Assembly: GCF_037042905.1 (NCBI RefSeq)
Contig: NC_087245.1
Span: 6,884,001-6,948,000, forward strand
Direction: 5' to 3'
Source: Lytechinus pictus
Lineage: Eukaryota
Length of the DNA: 64,000 nt
In this document: positions 28,146 to 41,457 of the stretch, piece by piece
Layout of the letters: each line of letters starts with the position of its first letter
Numbering within the stretch: position 1 is the first letter of the stretch
Translations under genes and position numbers: made by a program
The notes under the pieces: generated by a model
The model's input: the letters and a program-made list of their open reading frames with translations, nothing else
What the model was told of the DNA's origin: nothing
The model's database searches: none

Positions 28146-29291
28146 TAAAGATAACAAACTTACGGCAATATTAACCGCTTTCATCATTGCTATGTAATTT
28201 TGTGTAAAGTAGTTTGGTAATCCAAAGTTTTATCATTTCATGCAATTAAAATATTCACATGCTGAAAGAAATTAATCTTGGTTCGACTCCTCGTTCAAGA
28301 AACGTTTATTCATTACTATTACTTATTCTCATACATGTATATCATATCGTTTACAAAATTCTCGGCAGAAAATGAAATAGTAGATAGTTTTATCATAAAA
28401 TACACAAGAATTCACCTTATGACATCTTCGCCGACTCAATAACTTGCAAAAAAGTCATTGTCCGCAATATGCTTTCATCAAAATAATATACCATGTTAAA
28501 ATACAACATGTTAAAAAACAAAATGTCGATCCGCTATGGTCAAATAGGATTACAAAAATGATACATTGTGAATTCATTTTGTTTTAAGAACAGAACGGGT
28601 AAACAAATTGAAATTTACTTGATATCTAAAAGGGTTAAAATAACAATGGTCCTGTCTGTAACTTTCAGGCCAAGGATTTGGTTTGATTACCTTGAAACGT
28701 AACCGTTTATTTAATTGTGTTTTTTCATCATTTGATTTGTCTGCAAGCTAGTAACGTGTCGTGATGATTGAAATGTGCCGAGCAAATACGTCCATGGCTA
28801 ATGGGAGCGAGGGAATTTTTATTCACCTGCGAGGAGATTGTTGATGTAGATCTTTGTCATGTATGTTGAGTCCGTCAAAATGTTCTTAAAACCTTTCTGT
28901 TCACTTCCAAATTTCTTTATGCGCCATGGGCACTAAACAGATTGGATTTGGTGCTTTATGAGTCACATGTATAATGATTAACCAGGGTAGCTATTTTATC
29001 AATTAATTCTTCTTTATTCGCTTCTTTAAAAAAGGCACAATCACAAGATACAACAATAAAGATATATACAAAGTACAAATAATAACATGAGTACTGAATT
29101 GTGTACATAAGAAATCAATAATCTCCTTATATAGTTTGTGTAGTGTTCAGTGTCGATTACAGCACAAACCATCCCTGATATCTACAAGCTTCTTAATCTG
29201 GTCAACTGTTAAAATAACATCACTTTCTTTGTCACACACCTTTGACCAATTTTTTTGTTAATATCATTAATAGTCAAATAATATTTGTAAT

Positions 29292-29818
29292 CCCGGGGGG
29301 CCCCTTACATTGGCGAGTGGATACCATGCGCGACCAAAACAACACGTAAAAAGGATGTCTTTTTCCAGATTGGGCACGTTACGTACGTAACGTAATAAGG
29401 GTGTCAAAAACACTAAAATAATGAAAAAAGGGTATCTATTTCGCTAGGAAAGCTACGTGTTAAGGGTCAAATTTGCGAGGGTGTAAAAAATTAAGACTTA
29501 GGATGTACTTTTTGCCCCAATACTCAACACTACGTGTTTAGAGTACGATTTTCGCGAGATGTGGTGGGGCTGTTACTACCGACGACCGACGTCCGTGACA
29601 TAACAATAAAAATATTGTTTAGGGGGTCAATTCAGGGAATACCGTTGGCAAGAGTATCGTTTTGTTTCCAATACTTGTTAAGGGTAGGGTTTCACACGCC
29701 AATACTTGTTAAGGGGTGCATTTTCAGATTATGGAAAATACGTGTTTAGGGTGCTTTTCGAGACCCCATGGTCGCGCATGGTATCCACTCGTCAATGGAA
29801 GTGCCCCCCCCCCCCGGG
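29292..29818. mobile_element. MITE with CCCGGGGG termini and 8-bp TSD
   Basis: TIRs of about 45 bp (gagtggataccatgcgcgacca / tggtcgcgcatggtatccactc); TSD tttgtaat at 29284-29291 and 29819-29826. Confidence 0.9.
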
Positions 29819-29949
29819 TTTGTAATGTAAGTATCTGATGTTACCACCCATTACAGAGTGGGCTCCATATTTACCCATGCCAAATATATATGGCACCACA
29901 TTATTTGTGGAATTAAGTGCTTTGTTAAAAAAGGTAAGCAGCATTTTTC

Positions 29950-30152
29950 AAACCACAAAACTGGATCCATTACATCCACCAAATGAGGAAAGTAGCTGTA
30001 AGCTGTTCTTCTAGCGGGCCCATAATTATTACCCTTCTTCATTCTCATATACGTCGAGCGCCTGACAAGAAGGCAGGAGGTACAAGTTTTAAAGCCTTTG
30101 GTATCGGTGGGGTCGAACCCATGACCTCCCGTTCATTACCACTGAGCCACCA
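29950..30152 (-). mobile_element. Degenerate tRNA-derived SINE
   Basis: Minus strand reads gtggctcagtggtaa (A box) then gggttcgacccc (B box), followed by a non-tRNA body. Confidence 0.6.
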
Positions 30153-33100
30153 GGTAATGATTGCTGAAGTAGATGATCATGGGGTTCAATGACATATTGA
30201 TTTGGCGACAACTGCTTGGATGGAAGCCAAACATAAAACCTAACCTCCGAAACTAAATATAATATCTATACATTATTCTGAACCAAAACTTTATTACAAT
30301 CCTATCTCTAACCCTATACCCTCTGAGATATCAAGACCAAGCCCCCATCCAGTATTTTCACGGAGCCATCCGAGCCAAATATCCCAGTACAGTAAGGGTT
30401 AATGAGTTTGATTTGAACATTATCACCAGAAACTAATTGTAATTTAATTTCACTTGCAGCATGGGATGGGCCTATATTTGTACAAACTGTCAATCATGTC
30501 TCATCTAAATTATCCCCAATTTACACCAATGTAATGATGATGTATTGAGTTTTTTTTTTTTGGGGGGGTCTTCTTTTGTTTAAACCAACTTCACCCTGAT
30601 AATAATATTGTTGTAAAAGCAAAAAACTTGAAAATAAATATTCATGAAGTGTTTATAAAAATTCACCCATAGATAAGAGAAAATAGAATATTAAAAGTTT
30701 ATAATTTGTGAAATCATGCAAGCTGAGCAGCTCCCCCAAAATATGATAAATTCCATAAATTCCATTTTTGAATAAAACATGATGACTAAAATGGCATTCT
30801 GACATGATAATAATATATCCCGCACAAATAACTTCACCATGATTTTAAAATAAAATTGCAAAAACGTTACACGATATATTATGTAGCAGCTCATTATCTC
30901 TGACGTCACAGAATAAAAACGAATAGAAATTCATAACTCCACTATTCTATGTCGGAATTTCATCTTACCTTCACCAGAATTTTACTTTATAGTTTCCTTT
31001 AGCTTTCATTAAAACCAACTAATCGACAGGATAAAGTTTTCTTTTACACTGAGTTAACTGATTTTCCACCAGTTGTGCATAAGCTTTGTGCAAAATTTAA
31101 AAGGGCATGGACCTGGACTCGGAGGTTTATCTGTTGACTTGATGTGACAATGCTCAGCGCAGTAACAATACAATAATCCTCACTGGCTAGGCCCCTGTAA
31201 TAGTAGGTACATGGTCATATCAACCTTATATTGGCCTAATAATAATTTTTTTTTATTCCAAACACTTCATCCGCGGTGAATCGCTATTGCTTGGAAATCA
31301 ATGTTAAAATGGAAAATATTTTTTCAGAGGGTCATGCCATATGGGGGGGGGGGGGGGGGGGGTCACGAGCGAAAATTTTGAGTAACTTATTTAAGTCAAT
31401 TATCAGTGGTGTAAAAAATGAGGGTGCTAGATATGGCGCATCGTGTAAAATCGAGGAAAAATTCGACATTTTTATCACAAAAATAACATTTTGTGATAGC
31501 CTTACATGATAATCAGAAAATAGGCCTAATACCATATTTCACCTTTTTCTCTTTCTTTCCTTTCTCTTCTTTTTTCTTGGTCGTGATTTTTTTTTTTTTT
31601 GGGGGGGGGGGCAAGAGCCCCCAAGCCTACCCCATCTGTACGCCAGACCTTAAAATAGACATTCTAAGGACTGCTGTTAAGAATTCATAAAAAGGATATA
31701 TATCTCATTAATCAAATACCAATATTCAGACCTGTAAACGAGACATTATTATGAGGCAATTTTGTAGTTATTAAACGTGACTGTCTAAATAAGCTAACAA
31801 CATGAGCGAGAAGCACTATAGCTCTTTTGATAAATATATAAAAGGGGTAATTTTAAGGACTTTGTTCGGAAGTCATGAAGAGCTTACATTATCTCACCAT
31901 GTTCAACTAATGCGAGTGCGAAGCGAGAGCTTTTTTTTAATATTTAGACCCGCAATGGCATCATGAATATATTATGAAACTTATTTGATCAAATATTGCA
32001 AGCGAGATATTCAGATCTGAAAATGGAAATTTTAATTAAGGGTTGTTTCTAGTATTTTATGAAGAGCATACGTCTTTCTCTTATCCAAAAAATGCGAGCG
32101 CGAAGCGCGAGCTGAAAATGTTGAGATGAGAAAAGTGCGATATTTTAGGAATTCATTATGGGCATACATATCTCATAAATCCACTAATGCGAACGCAAAG
32201 CGTGGACTGTTTTTTTCTTTTTATTATTCAGACCTTGAAAGGGGCAGAGGCAATCACTTTAAGTAACCATGTAAAGATACTAATGTTTTACTAGATATTG
32301 GCTTATAATTGAAAACGGGTATACCATATATAAAGCTTCAGTCTCTGTATTTTTGGTTGTTCCGCTGAACTGCGTTGGCTCAGAAATTGTTAGATAAATC
32401 CCCAGAAACGACGGCTATTTCTGTCTAGAATTAAAACAGGATTTTTTTTTGGGGGGGTCATTTAATCCTCTTGAACGGGATTATAGGCCTATATCTCATA
32501 ATGTGAGCGTCATGAGTTATGAACACATACGTTTATAATTATAGGCCCTATTATAGCACATTATGTTTCGTCAAAGTATGGGGAAAATACTTCTTGCACT
32601 TCATTTTACTTTTACCCACTAGATCTACGTTTTTCTCTCCCCCCCCCCCCCTCTTCGTGTGTTTTTGCCAGCCGATGCCAATCCCCCGTAGTTAAGTTAT
32701 ACGCCACTGGATATTTTTTTATCAGTTTGCCCCCGCACGGGATGCGACTATTGATAAGATCGTTTCAAGTTACGCTTTCCATACGTCCCTCGAGCGGCGT
32801 GCCGTAAAAAAACGGGAGATCGAAGAAATTTATGAAGAAAAGCCAAGGGACAGAATTTCGATGACAAAAACGGACCAGTTGCAGTAGTTGTAAGGTATGC
32901 CAGTTGAATGTTTTGCTCATTAACCCGTGTGATGATAATTTGGGGTCTTATATTTATTGTAGTTGAATATGTTCAGACTTCAAGTTCAGTTTCTTATTGA
33001 CATTATCCCGAGTATCAACATTAGAATTCAGTCCCACATGCTTATTTCTGTGTTAGGTAGAGTAACCTGTGCAAAAATTAATCCAGCAGATGTGAGATGA

Positions 33101-33652
33101 GCGCCCGGTGACGTGAAGCCGTGCGCCCAGAACGTCACTAATAGTAATACGTTGGTCACATTTGTTCTACGGCGGCCGTATGGCGAGTTATCTTTTTGGT
33201 ACCAGCTACATAAAGGTTAGGCAGGACAACAAGAATTTCAAAATGTGTTTGTTGTCCCAAGAATGATATCAAAATATTCCTTAATAAATAATATCTAATT
33301 TATCATGTGAAACCACTTAAAACTTACGTAAAATTCATTTAAACTGTAAAAAAAAACAAATTCATAGCACCAACATGGGCCGAAAAAGCCATAGACATCG
33401 CGGTACCTCTGTTATACACTGTACGTACTATCGATAGTTAAAACGATCACGATGTGCTCGTTAAATGCGCGCGCCCATCGGCGTCTGCTAGCCGTTATCT
33501 GCTGTGACTCTCCAATAGCCCCGCATGTGCAATTTTTTGTAAGATCGTCCCATATGCTGTTTTTCATGTTAGTACATACATGCGTGCACGTTATTTGCGG
33601 ACGCAGATCATGTACGCATCTCCGTCGTCTGCTACGGCTCTCTTTATCAGTC

Positions 33653-34210
33653 CCAAGTGTGAAATATGTGTACATGGTGTATGTTCATTTGGTCTACATG
33701 CAGTTTGCCCACTTGTCATTTAGTCTAATGCCAAATGGGCTAAACCCATTTGGTCTACACTACACTTGGTCTAATTCTCATTTAGCGAAATGTCCAGTTG
33801 GTCTAATTTCAGCATATAAACCTACATAATTACAATTTTTTTACTTTGTCAAATACCGGTACATAAAATTGGCTTTATATCATGCAGTTCCAGTGTGAAA
33901 TATGTATATATTCATTTGGTCTACATGCAGTTTGCCCACTTCTCATTTAGTCTAATGCCAAATGGGCCAAACCCATTTGGTCTACACTTGGTCTAATTCT
34001 CATTTTGCGAAATGTCCAGTTGGTCTAATTTCAGCATGACCTACTTAATTATATTTTTTTAGTCTTTATACCAAATGGGCTTGACCATTTGGTCTATAAT
34101 TTTTTTTTAATTGCCATTTGGTCTACACTTTGTGTAATTTACATTTGGTCTACACTACACTTGATCTAATTTTGAGTCCAGTCCAGGGTCTAATTTCAAC
34201 ATGGCCTACA
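33653..34210. repeat. Internal tandem duplication (period about 240 bp) rich in ttggtcta motifs
   Basis: 33656-33830 is repeated at 33893-34050, followed by partial further copies. Confidence 0.85.
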
Positions 34211-35132
34211 TCATTATGATTTTATACTTTGTGAAATTTTTTTTATATAATTTCATTTCACCTTATAGTTTTAGCATTGGTTTCAAATAAATAATACTTG
34301 AACAGTGGCAAAGTCATGATAATGGAGCCAAAAGTTTTGAAAGGTCCATATATGGTGTATCAGGTAAAGTTATAAAGTTGTAAGCAGGAGAAGCAAACAA
34401 CAAAAAATGTTGAAGCTGGGGGGGGGGGGGGGGTGTTCATTAATTTCCTTTTATTTTCCAATGCCAGATCAATCTTTGTTTTTGCTTGTCATTTTTTTTT
34501 TTAATGAAATGTTCTGTTCACTCTACAATTTTTACTAATGATCTTTTTTTTTGGGCTTATCATTTTTTTCAGACACCCGAACCGACTCTACAAGGGAAGA
34601 GAAGGGATTATTGAACCTCTTTAGAGAATATACTTGTCAAGGGCTGTAATAGTATACAGGGGCACTTCCTGAGAGAAAGTTAATTTTATTTTAATTATGT
34701 GTTTTCAGGATATCTAATAGTACTATTGAAATGGCGGTGAAAATTATTGCCCCTGCTGATGAGATTTTTCAGCTGCACCCCTCCTTTATTTTAGTGAATA
34801 AGGTGTGGCACTGCCCTATATGATTCATTTTGAATGGGCTCCAAAATGCAGTAATTTATAAATGATAGCATAATCTTATTTCGATAAAGCCTTTGACATA
34901 ACAGGGGGTTTTGATAAACAAAGCATATTTAAAACAGATTTAGTTATTGCATATCAGAATGTTATTTTTGCCTGATGTTTTCTCAATAACTCTAAGCTGT
35001 TATTAATGAATTCTTTCTAGAAATAAAAATAAGCAATTTATTCAAACATGTCAGTTTCATTTTGTAGACATATGCATTGAATTTACCGATTCAGTATAAG
35101 GTATGCCATCTTTCACAAATGTTGATTTTTAT

Positions 35133-35332
35133 CACTGGTGGATCTGGGGGATGGCACATCTGGCTCACCCCCCCCCCCTTAGAGAGCCACAGTCGAGATT
35201 TGTAATGAAAATATGCCATTTTCACCAAAGTATGCCCCCCCCCCCCGGAAAGCAAGGCCCTTTTTTTGCTTGACAAATTTTCATCATGAAAATGTGCCCC
35301 CCCCCCCCGGATAAATCCTGGATCCACCCCTG
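35133..35332. mobile_element. Small hAT-like MITE
   Basis: cactggtggatc / gatccacccctg; 8-bp TSD atttttat / gtttttat. Confidence 0.7.
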
Positions 35333-36082
35333 GTTTTTATTAAGTTTACATGTATTTTCATTTTGAAAAAAAAAAGGTTTCCTAGAGATTTATAAACAGC
35401 ATGATTTACACTGAGCGTGTCATACACTTCTGTGCAGAAGAATATTATCTTGAGAAATTTGGTTATTAAATTATGGAAAATATCTTTTGCAAATGAAATT
35501 ACTTGATTGCAGTTATTTCTTACATTGTATTGTCATTTTACTTGATAGAAATTCATTATTTTTTATAACCATGACAGTGTTCTAATTTCATATTTGCTAA
35601 ATTGTAATAATTCTTTTGATCTTCCTTCATCTTCATGAAAGTATGAATTCTAGTCATCTGCTTCAAAGTCTGCCCAATACAATGGTTACAAAGGGCCTAA
35701 GCATCACTTGTCATTTTTTAATAAGTAGTTAAGTTAGTAGTCAAGTAAGGGGTCAGACAGTTTGGCTGTATTATATTTGTTTAATTATCTTACTAGTGTC
35801 AATTTACTAAACTTTTGCTGTTTGTGATTGAACCCCCAAATTGCTCGATAGTACCATGTAACCATTATGTTGGACAGACGTTATTATTGACTAGAGGACT
35901 ATTATTACTTTCCAAACCAACCTGAAGATAATATGATACTTCACGTATTACAGGGGTATATTGTCTCCCTTCCATTGTTGTGATGTATGGGCTGGGTAAT
36001 ATCATCTAACTTGTCCTGGAATAATCATTCTCTGCAACAAGTTCCACTTCAGCGACTCTCAGTTGAACATCATCATTCCTGG

Positions 36083-36324
36083 CATTGGCGGCGGAAGCCA
36101 AAAATTTTAGGGGGGAACCGCCAAAATTTTTTGACAAAAAAAAAAAAATAGAGACCAAAAATCTTAGGGGGGGGGGACACAGGAAACAAAAGTGAAAATT
36201 GACAAGCCAAAAAAAAAATAAAAAAAATAAGGTTATCAACAAAAAATTGAGGGGGGGGGGGGGTCGTCCCCTCCCCACCTAAAATTTAGGGGGATCGTCC
36301 CCCCCCCCACTTCCACCGCCTATG
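36083..36324. mobile_element. Small MITE with 8-bp TSD, same family as 40571-40730
   Basis: cattggcggcggaag / cttccaccgcctatg; TSD attcctgg / attccagg. Confidence 0.8.
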
Positions 36325-39300
36325 ATTCCAGGTGCTTGGAGATCTTCGAAAGGCATGCTATAACATCCACTTAAGTTCCAGTTCCTTTCATGTTTTTTCC
36401 TCATCTTAGTGAGCACCTCCAAGTGTTCATATTTTTAGTGTCTTGTTTTAGATTTACCAAACTCAGTTTTATTACCTGATAAATGAAATTACAAAATTCT
36501 ATCCCAAAAATTGAACACTTTGATCAAATTTGGTTACTTAAACTTAATGTTAAATAAACTGAAAATATATAACTGAAAATATGTAATAATAGGCAAAATA
36601 ATAATAATTATGAAAAAAATACCGGTAATAAAAACAAAACAGTTACTCAAATTCACTCAAAACCATACACTTATCTACTCTCCTCAAAAATCAGTTCTCA
36701 CTTTTAGGTATTGATCATTCATTCAGTCAATGAAATAATAAAAAGAGACAGGAGATCCTCATCAAAATAAACACAAACACAGTGTCTCACACACACACTA
36801 CACATTAATAGTAAAATCAGTTTGTATCTTTCGTGGGATTTGTTTTTATGTAAATCTGGATTCTTCTTGGTAGTAGGGCCTTAGGTCGCTCTGACTTGAA
36901 CTTAAAACTTCCAATCTCAAGAAGGCAAGATATATCTCGGGAGATAGTCATCATCAAGATGTTTAGGACTAGGAGTTCAACCTGGTGGTGAGGTTATTCA
37001 TGATGGCATCTGGTATTCTGGCAGAAAGAATCAGAAATAAAAAAATGCATAAATACAATTATTTATTTTTTTCAATGCAAATTAAATTACCTGAGTCATT
37101 CAAGATAGTGGGTATTTTTTTAGGGGGGGGGGGGGTGATGGCATGACAAGTTTTTAGTCAAAATTATTTTTATCTTCATTAATCTTTTTTTCCACTTTGT
37201 ATTACCATTTATTCAAAAATTGCAATAAACATATCAATAAATGAGTTTTTAATCTAGTTGGCAAAAGAAAAACCAGTGCAAAAATACCAAAAGTAAAGCC
37301 AGTATTGGCAGTAACACTGACACCACGGCACTGACACTGAATGTTCATTTTCCAGTGCATGCACATCACTGCCCCATCATCTTCACTCGTTTTCAGAAAA
37401 TATTTAGTTATTTCTCAAATATGACCATGATTATCTTATTCATGTCATTGCTCTGGTGTTTATTCATGATTTTAAATTCAGGAAATCATTCAGCAAACAA
37501 AGAAAACAAAGCATTTCTTGACTGTGATTCCGTGTGATTCAAGTTCAATTTCATTTCTGTGTGTATCACAGGTACGCACGTACGTGACGTAATCTTAATC
37601 TCTATTATGATGTAAATTAATCATCCCGCGCGCGATTAAAATGGCTCGAAATTCGACCAAATTCAAGGGCAGCTCAGCTTGCAAACCTCACTGAGAAGGG
37701 CTTCCCCAGCCCTTGCGATTCCCCGCGCTGCAATTTCACTGCAATACACAGAAAGGAAATCAACTCAAGTTTCACAATCAATGGAAAATCCGGAACCCTT
37801 CGAGACCCATTTTACAAGAAATACAACTAAATAAGGTAAGAATTGAGAGCAACTCAAGACATTTTTGACTTACCGACAATTTCATGGTTATTTTCGGGAG
37901 ATTTCATGGAATTTGGGGCACGAAAATGGTATCGGTAGCTCGCGAAAGTCCTGTGCAATACGATGACATATTTTTCATCGCACGGGAGGACAATCACAAA
38001 GAGAAAATGTCATATTCATTCGCGCTAACAGGGGCTTAATTTTGACGATATCGCATCGCTATGCGATTGCAATGATTGACAAGCGAACGAAGCTTGCGTA
38101 CAAATTTTGAGCACTTCCGCGACAGCGCCATCTAGTGACTACGGCCGTGCCTATAAAGGTGGTTTGAATAAAAATTAATAAAAAAACGGCTGTTTTCGAC
38201 TCGCCGTAGAAGTACTAGAACAAATGTGACCAAGGTATAACTCAGTATAAGGGCCTGTTTCATGACGAAATGAGCGATACGTAGGAACATCCAAGGCAGG
38301 GGCCGCGGGGGGGGGGGGGGGGGGGGAAGGTGGGTTTTTTTCCAAAACCATACATGTACAAAAACGTAAAAATTACCATATCATGAATGATTCATGGGTT
38401 CATTTCACCTCGCGTGCGAAGGAATATCAATATCATATGCACGCGACACACACGACATATGCAAATATATAATGGGCTTTTGCCCAAATAAAATATGATA
38501 ATTAACACACAATTTTGGATTTCACATTCTGCTATGAGTGACACCGAACCATTTAGATCCATTGGTGACTTCTCCTTGAAGTTTCCTTTTAAAAAATGTA
38601 TTTTTTCTTGATCTTCAGTGAAGATTTCACGGAGATGCCCTTCGATCAGCGACGAAATCAATTTTTGGCCTAAAGAGGGCGCACGATTTATATTCATATC
38701 AAAGACAACAAGGGAAAGACTAGGCACCTAAACTATTTTACACGCAAATCGACGCAAGGCATACGCGAAGTCCGTGAAGTGTCCAATATTTTCATTGTAT
38801 AGACTTTGGTATACTGTATTATTGACGTTCGTTAAAGCAAGTACGTATATATATATATTTTTTTTATTAGTCATCGTTTTAAATTATTTGCAAAAAAGTG
38901 TTATCGCCAATAATAATCTTGAATTATGTTTTTTAAGGTATTTCATTTATTGGTGCCCATAATTAGTCAAGTAATCATAAGAATTGCACATTCAAAGAAT
39001 TTAGACACAGTTATAAAATTACAGAGGAGCTGAATCAAGGTTGTGAAATTTATTAGAGCCACCAATGGGCTTCCTTGTATTTCCGTAGAAGAGACATGCG
39101 AAGTAACTTTCGATATCGATATCACATTCGTGATTGTTGACGTTCGTTTGTAAATATTTTATAGTTTGGCTGCCATTTTGACCATTTTTATCGTGTTCAA
39201 CCCAATTAAACATCGGTAAAGTATATTTTTCATGCCTTTTTCATCTATATCGTTTAAAGTATTTAAACATTAAATATCAAGTTTTAAAAGTTTGTTGTTT

Positions 39301-39487
39301 ATACATCCTTAGATTGTAAATTCGATGTGTAAAATTACATCAAACTTTGGACTATGAATTGACAAAAGGGAGGGAATGAGAACACATGCGAGCCCACACG
39401 TACACCCTACCGTCGGTAAATGGGGATTACAGTAAAATGTCAGAAATTGTTGAATAAATCCCCAGAAACGACGGTTATTCCTGTCTA

Positions 39488-39607
39488 CTTACCGGAATGA
39501 GCCCCGGTGAGTAGCGAGAACGAGTTTTGGCAAATATTACTTCTGCAATGAAGCGATTTTTGCCGACTACTTCGAAATCCAGGGTCAAACGCGGTCTGGT
39601 GTACGAG
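39488..39607 (+). promoter_or_regulatory. Probable promoter and non-coding first exon of SNRNP48 (start approximate)
   Basis: CpG-richer segment ending in a consensus donor GAG|gtaagt at 39607/39608. The first coding exon has an acceptor (ccttctacag, 41440) 17 nt before the ATG. Confidence 0.6.
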
Positions 39608-40570
39608 GTAAGTATACATGTACATACTAACCTCGTACTAGTGTGAGTGATCATGATTGTGATTTTTTGCTAGCCTTGAGGACTCCATGATGATGTTTTA
39701 TTACTATTTAGACATATACTTCTTCATCATTGGAGTCTTGAACCCCCGGTCATATACATGTATGTATAAGAGACTGACCAATCCAACTTTCAATATAAAA
39801 TCCATCTTTTAATATAAAAATCACGTAAATTGTGTTGATTTTTTTAATTTCTACACCTTCCTATGCCCAATTGTGTAGAAAGGTTTAAAAAATGGTCAAT
39901 AAAAATGTAAAAAAATGAAGGTTTCTTACCAGACTGATCTCGTGTAGATCCCTCGATCCACATGTACACAATGCAAATACAATAGGGTCGACCCTTGAAC
40001 CGCTTACATGTATGTATGACGTACATCCGGTTAGCGATGCCGTTTTGAAGAACAATTTATAGATAAAGATTATTATTTTACAAATACTAAAATTTAATAT
40101 GTGATTATATATAATTAGTAGTAGAGCGATCAGACAAAAAAAAGATATTTGTATCTCACTTTTGCCCCCCCCCTCCGTAACACATAGAATGACGTCCCAT
40201 TGCAGGAGAGATTTTTAATTGCTGTACGTTTTCAATTTTATTCCCCTCCTTTTTGTCTTTAATTTTTAACGATAATGGCAAAAAGTAAAGATGAGCATAT
40301 ATAATAATGATTTTTTTAATAATCCAAATTAAAGATGCATTTGAAGGGTACTCTCACAGTTAGTTCCAGACAAAGAAATTGACGTTTAATCATCGTTAGT
40401 GGAAATAAAGGTAGAGAGAAAATTTGGAATAAAGTTGGAATAAAGAAAATTACTGGTAATTCTGCCAGACTATAGCTATATGCCGGTCTATGTTATCGGC
40501 ATTTCCGTCTGCTAGAAAAAGTGCAGCCATCGTCATCCAGAACTGAACCTCTCCTTAGGTTAGTGTTAAA

Positions 40571-40730
40571 CATAGGCGGCAGAAATGGGGGTGGGGGGGG
40601 GGGTCCTGCCCCCCTTAAAATTTCTGTTGATAACTTTTTTTTTTTTTTTGCTTGTCCAATTTTTTACCTTCCCAAAATTTCAGGTGGACCCCCCTAAATT
40701 TGTTTTATATTTTGGCTTCCGCCGCCAATG
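40571..40730. mobile_element. Small MITE with 8-bp TSD, opposite orientation to 36083-36324
   Basis: cataggcggcagaa / cttccgccgccaatg; perfect TSD gtgttaaa at 40563-40570 and 40731-40738. Confidence 0.85.
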
Positions 40731-40959
40731 GTGTTAAATGTTTGTGTTATCTTTGAATAAAATTTTTGCTAACACCATTTTTTGCTAATACCAAATTTCA
40801 TGTTATCTTCCTCCCTAACACTGCATTTGGGGGTTGCGCATTGCGCACTGCATATTTCATGACCTGTACGGTGTTACCACCTGGGCCACATGTTTTTCAT
40901 GCTAACACGATTTTCAGAATACCAATCGTGTTAGCTAACACGGTTTTCAGAATACCGCC

Positions 40960-41327
40960 CCATAACTTTAAAAGGTTATGGATCTAGTTCATGAAACTTG
41001 GACATAAGAGCAACCATGTATCCCTGAATATCATGTGCATGCTTCAGGTCACATGACCAGGATCAAAGGTCATTTAAGGTGAGTGAACTTACCATGTTAG
41101 GGATATTTGTTGAATTGGCATCATACATGTAACTCAGAAAGTTTATGGATCTAGTTCGTAAAATATACATATAGACATAAGGGTAACAGTAATCAAGTAT
41201 GAATGATTGTCTTGCACACATCTTAGGTCAGTCACATGGTCAAAGGCCATTTTTGGTCAATGGACATATGATTTTATTATCATATGAATGATTTCTTTTG
41301 TGAATAATTAGAGGCATTCCACTTGTT
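40960..41327 (+). mobile_element. Partial copy of the 42180-43214 repeat family
   Basis: Shares the cataacttt..gtttatggatctagttcatgaaacttggacataag..aggtcacatgacc unit and the gcattccacttgtt end. Confidence 0.75.
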
Positions 41328-41457
41328 CTTTTGAAAGAGTTCCTTACATGCTGAGATTTTTTTTACCTGGTCCTTTTATTTGAAGATTGATATAAAGATG
41401 AATACTCATTTTCGTGATCATTAATTTTCTCCTTCTACAGGTACAAGTAATGTTGTC

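Larger units (their letters stand above)
33218..38153 (-). mobile_element. Unclassified 4936-bp insertion with 7-bp TSD and TAGGCA termini
   Basis: TSD taaaggt at 33211-33217 and 38154-38160; ends taggca.. / ..tgccta; splice signals and decayed coding-like sequence on the minus strand. Confidence 0.75.
33148..38237. mobile_element. PIF/Harbinger-like MITE (halves 33148-33217 and 38154-38237) split by a 4.9 kb insertion
   Basis: TIR tac(g/c)ttggtcacatttgttcta at both ends; TAA TSD at 33145-33147 and 38238-38240. Confidence 0.8.
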
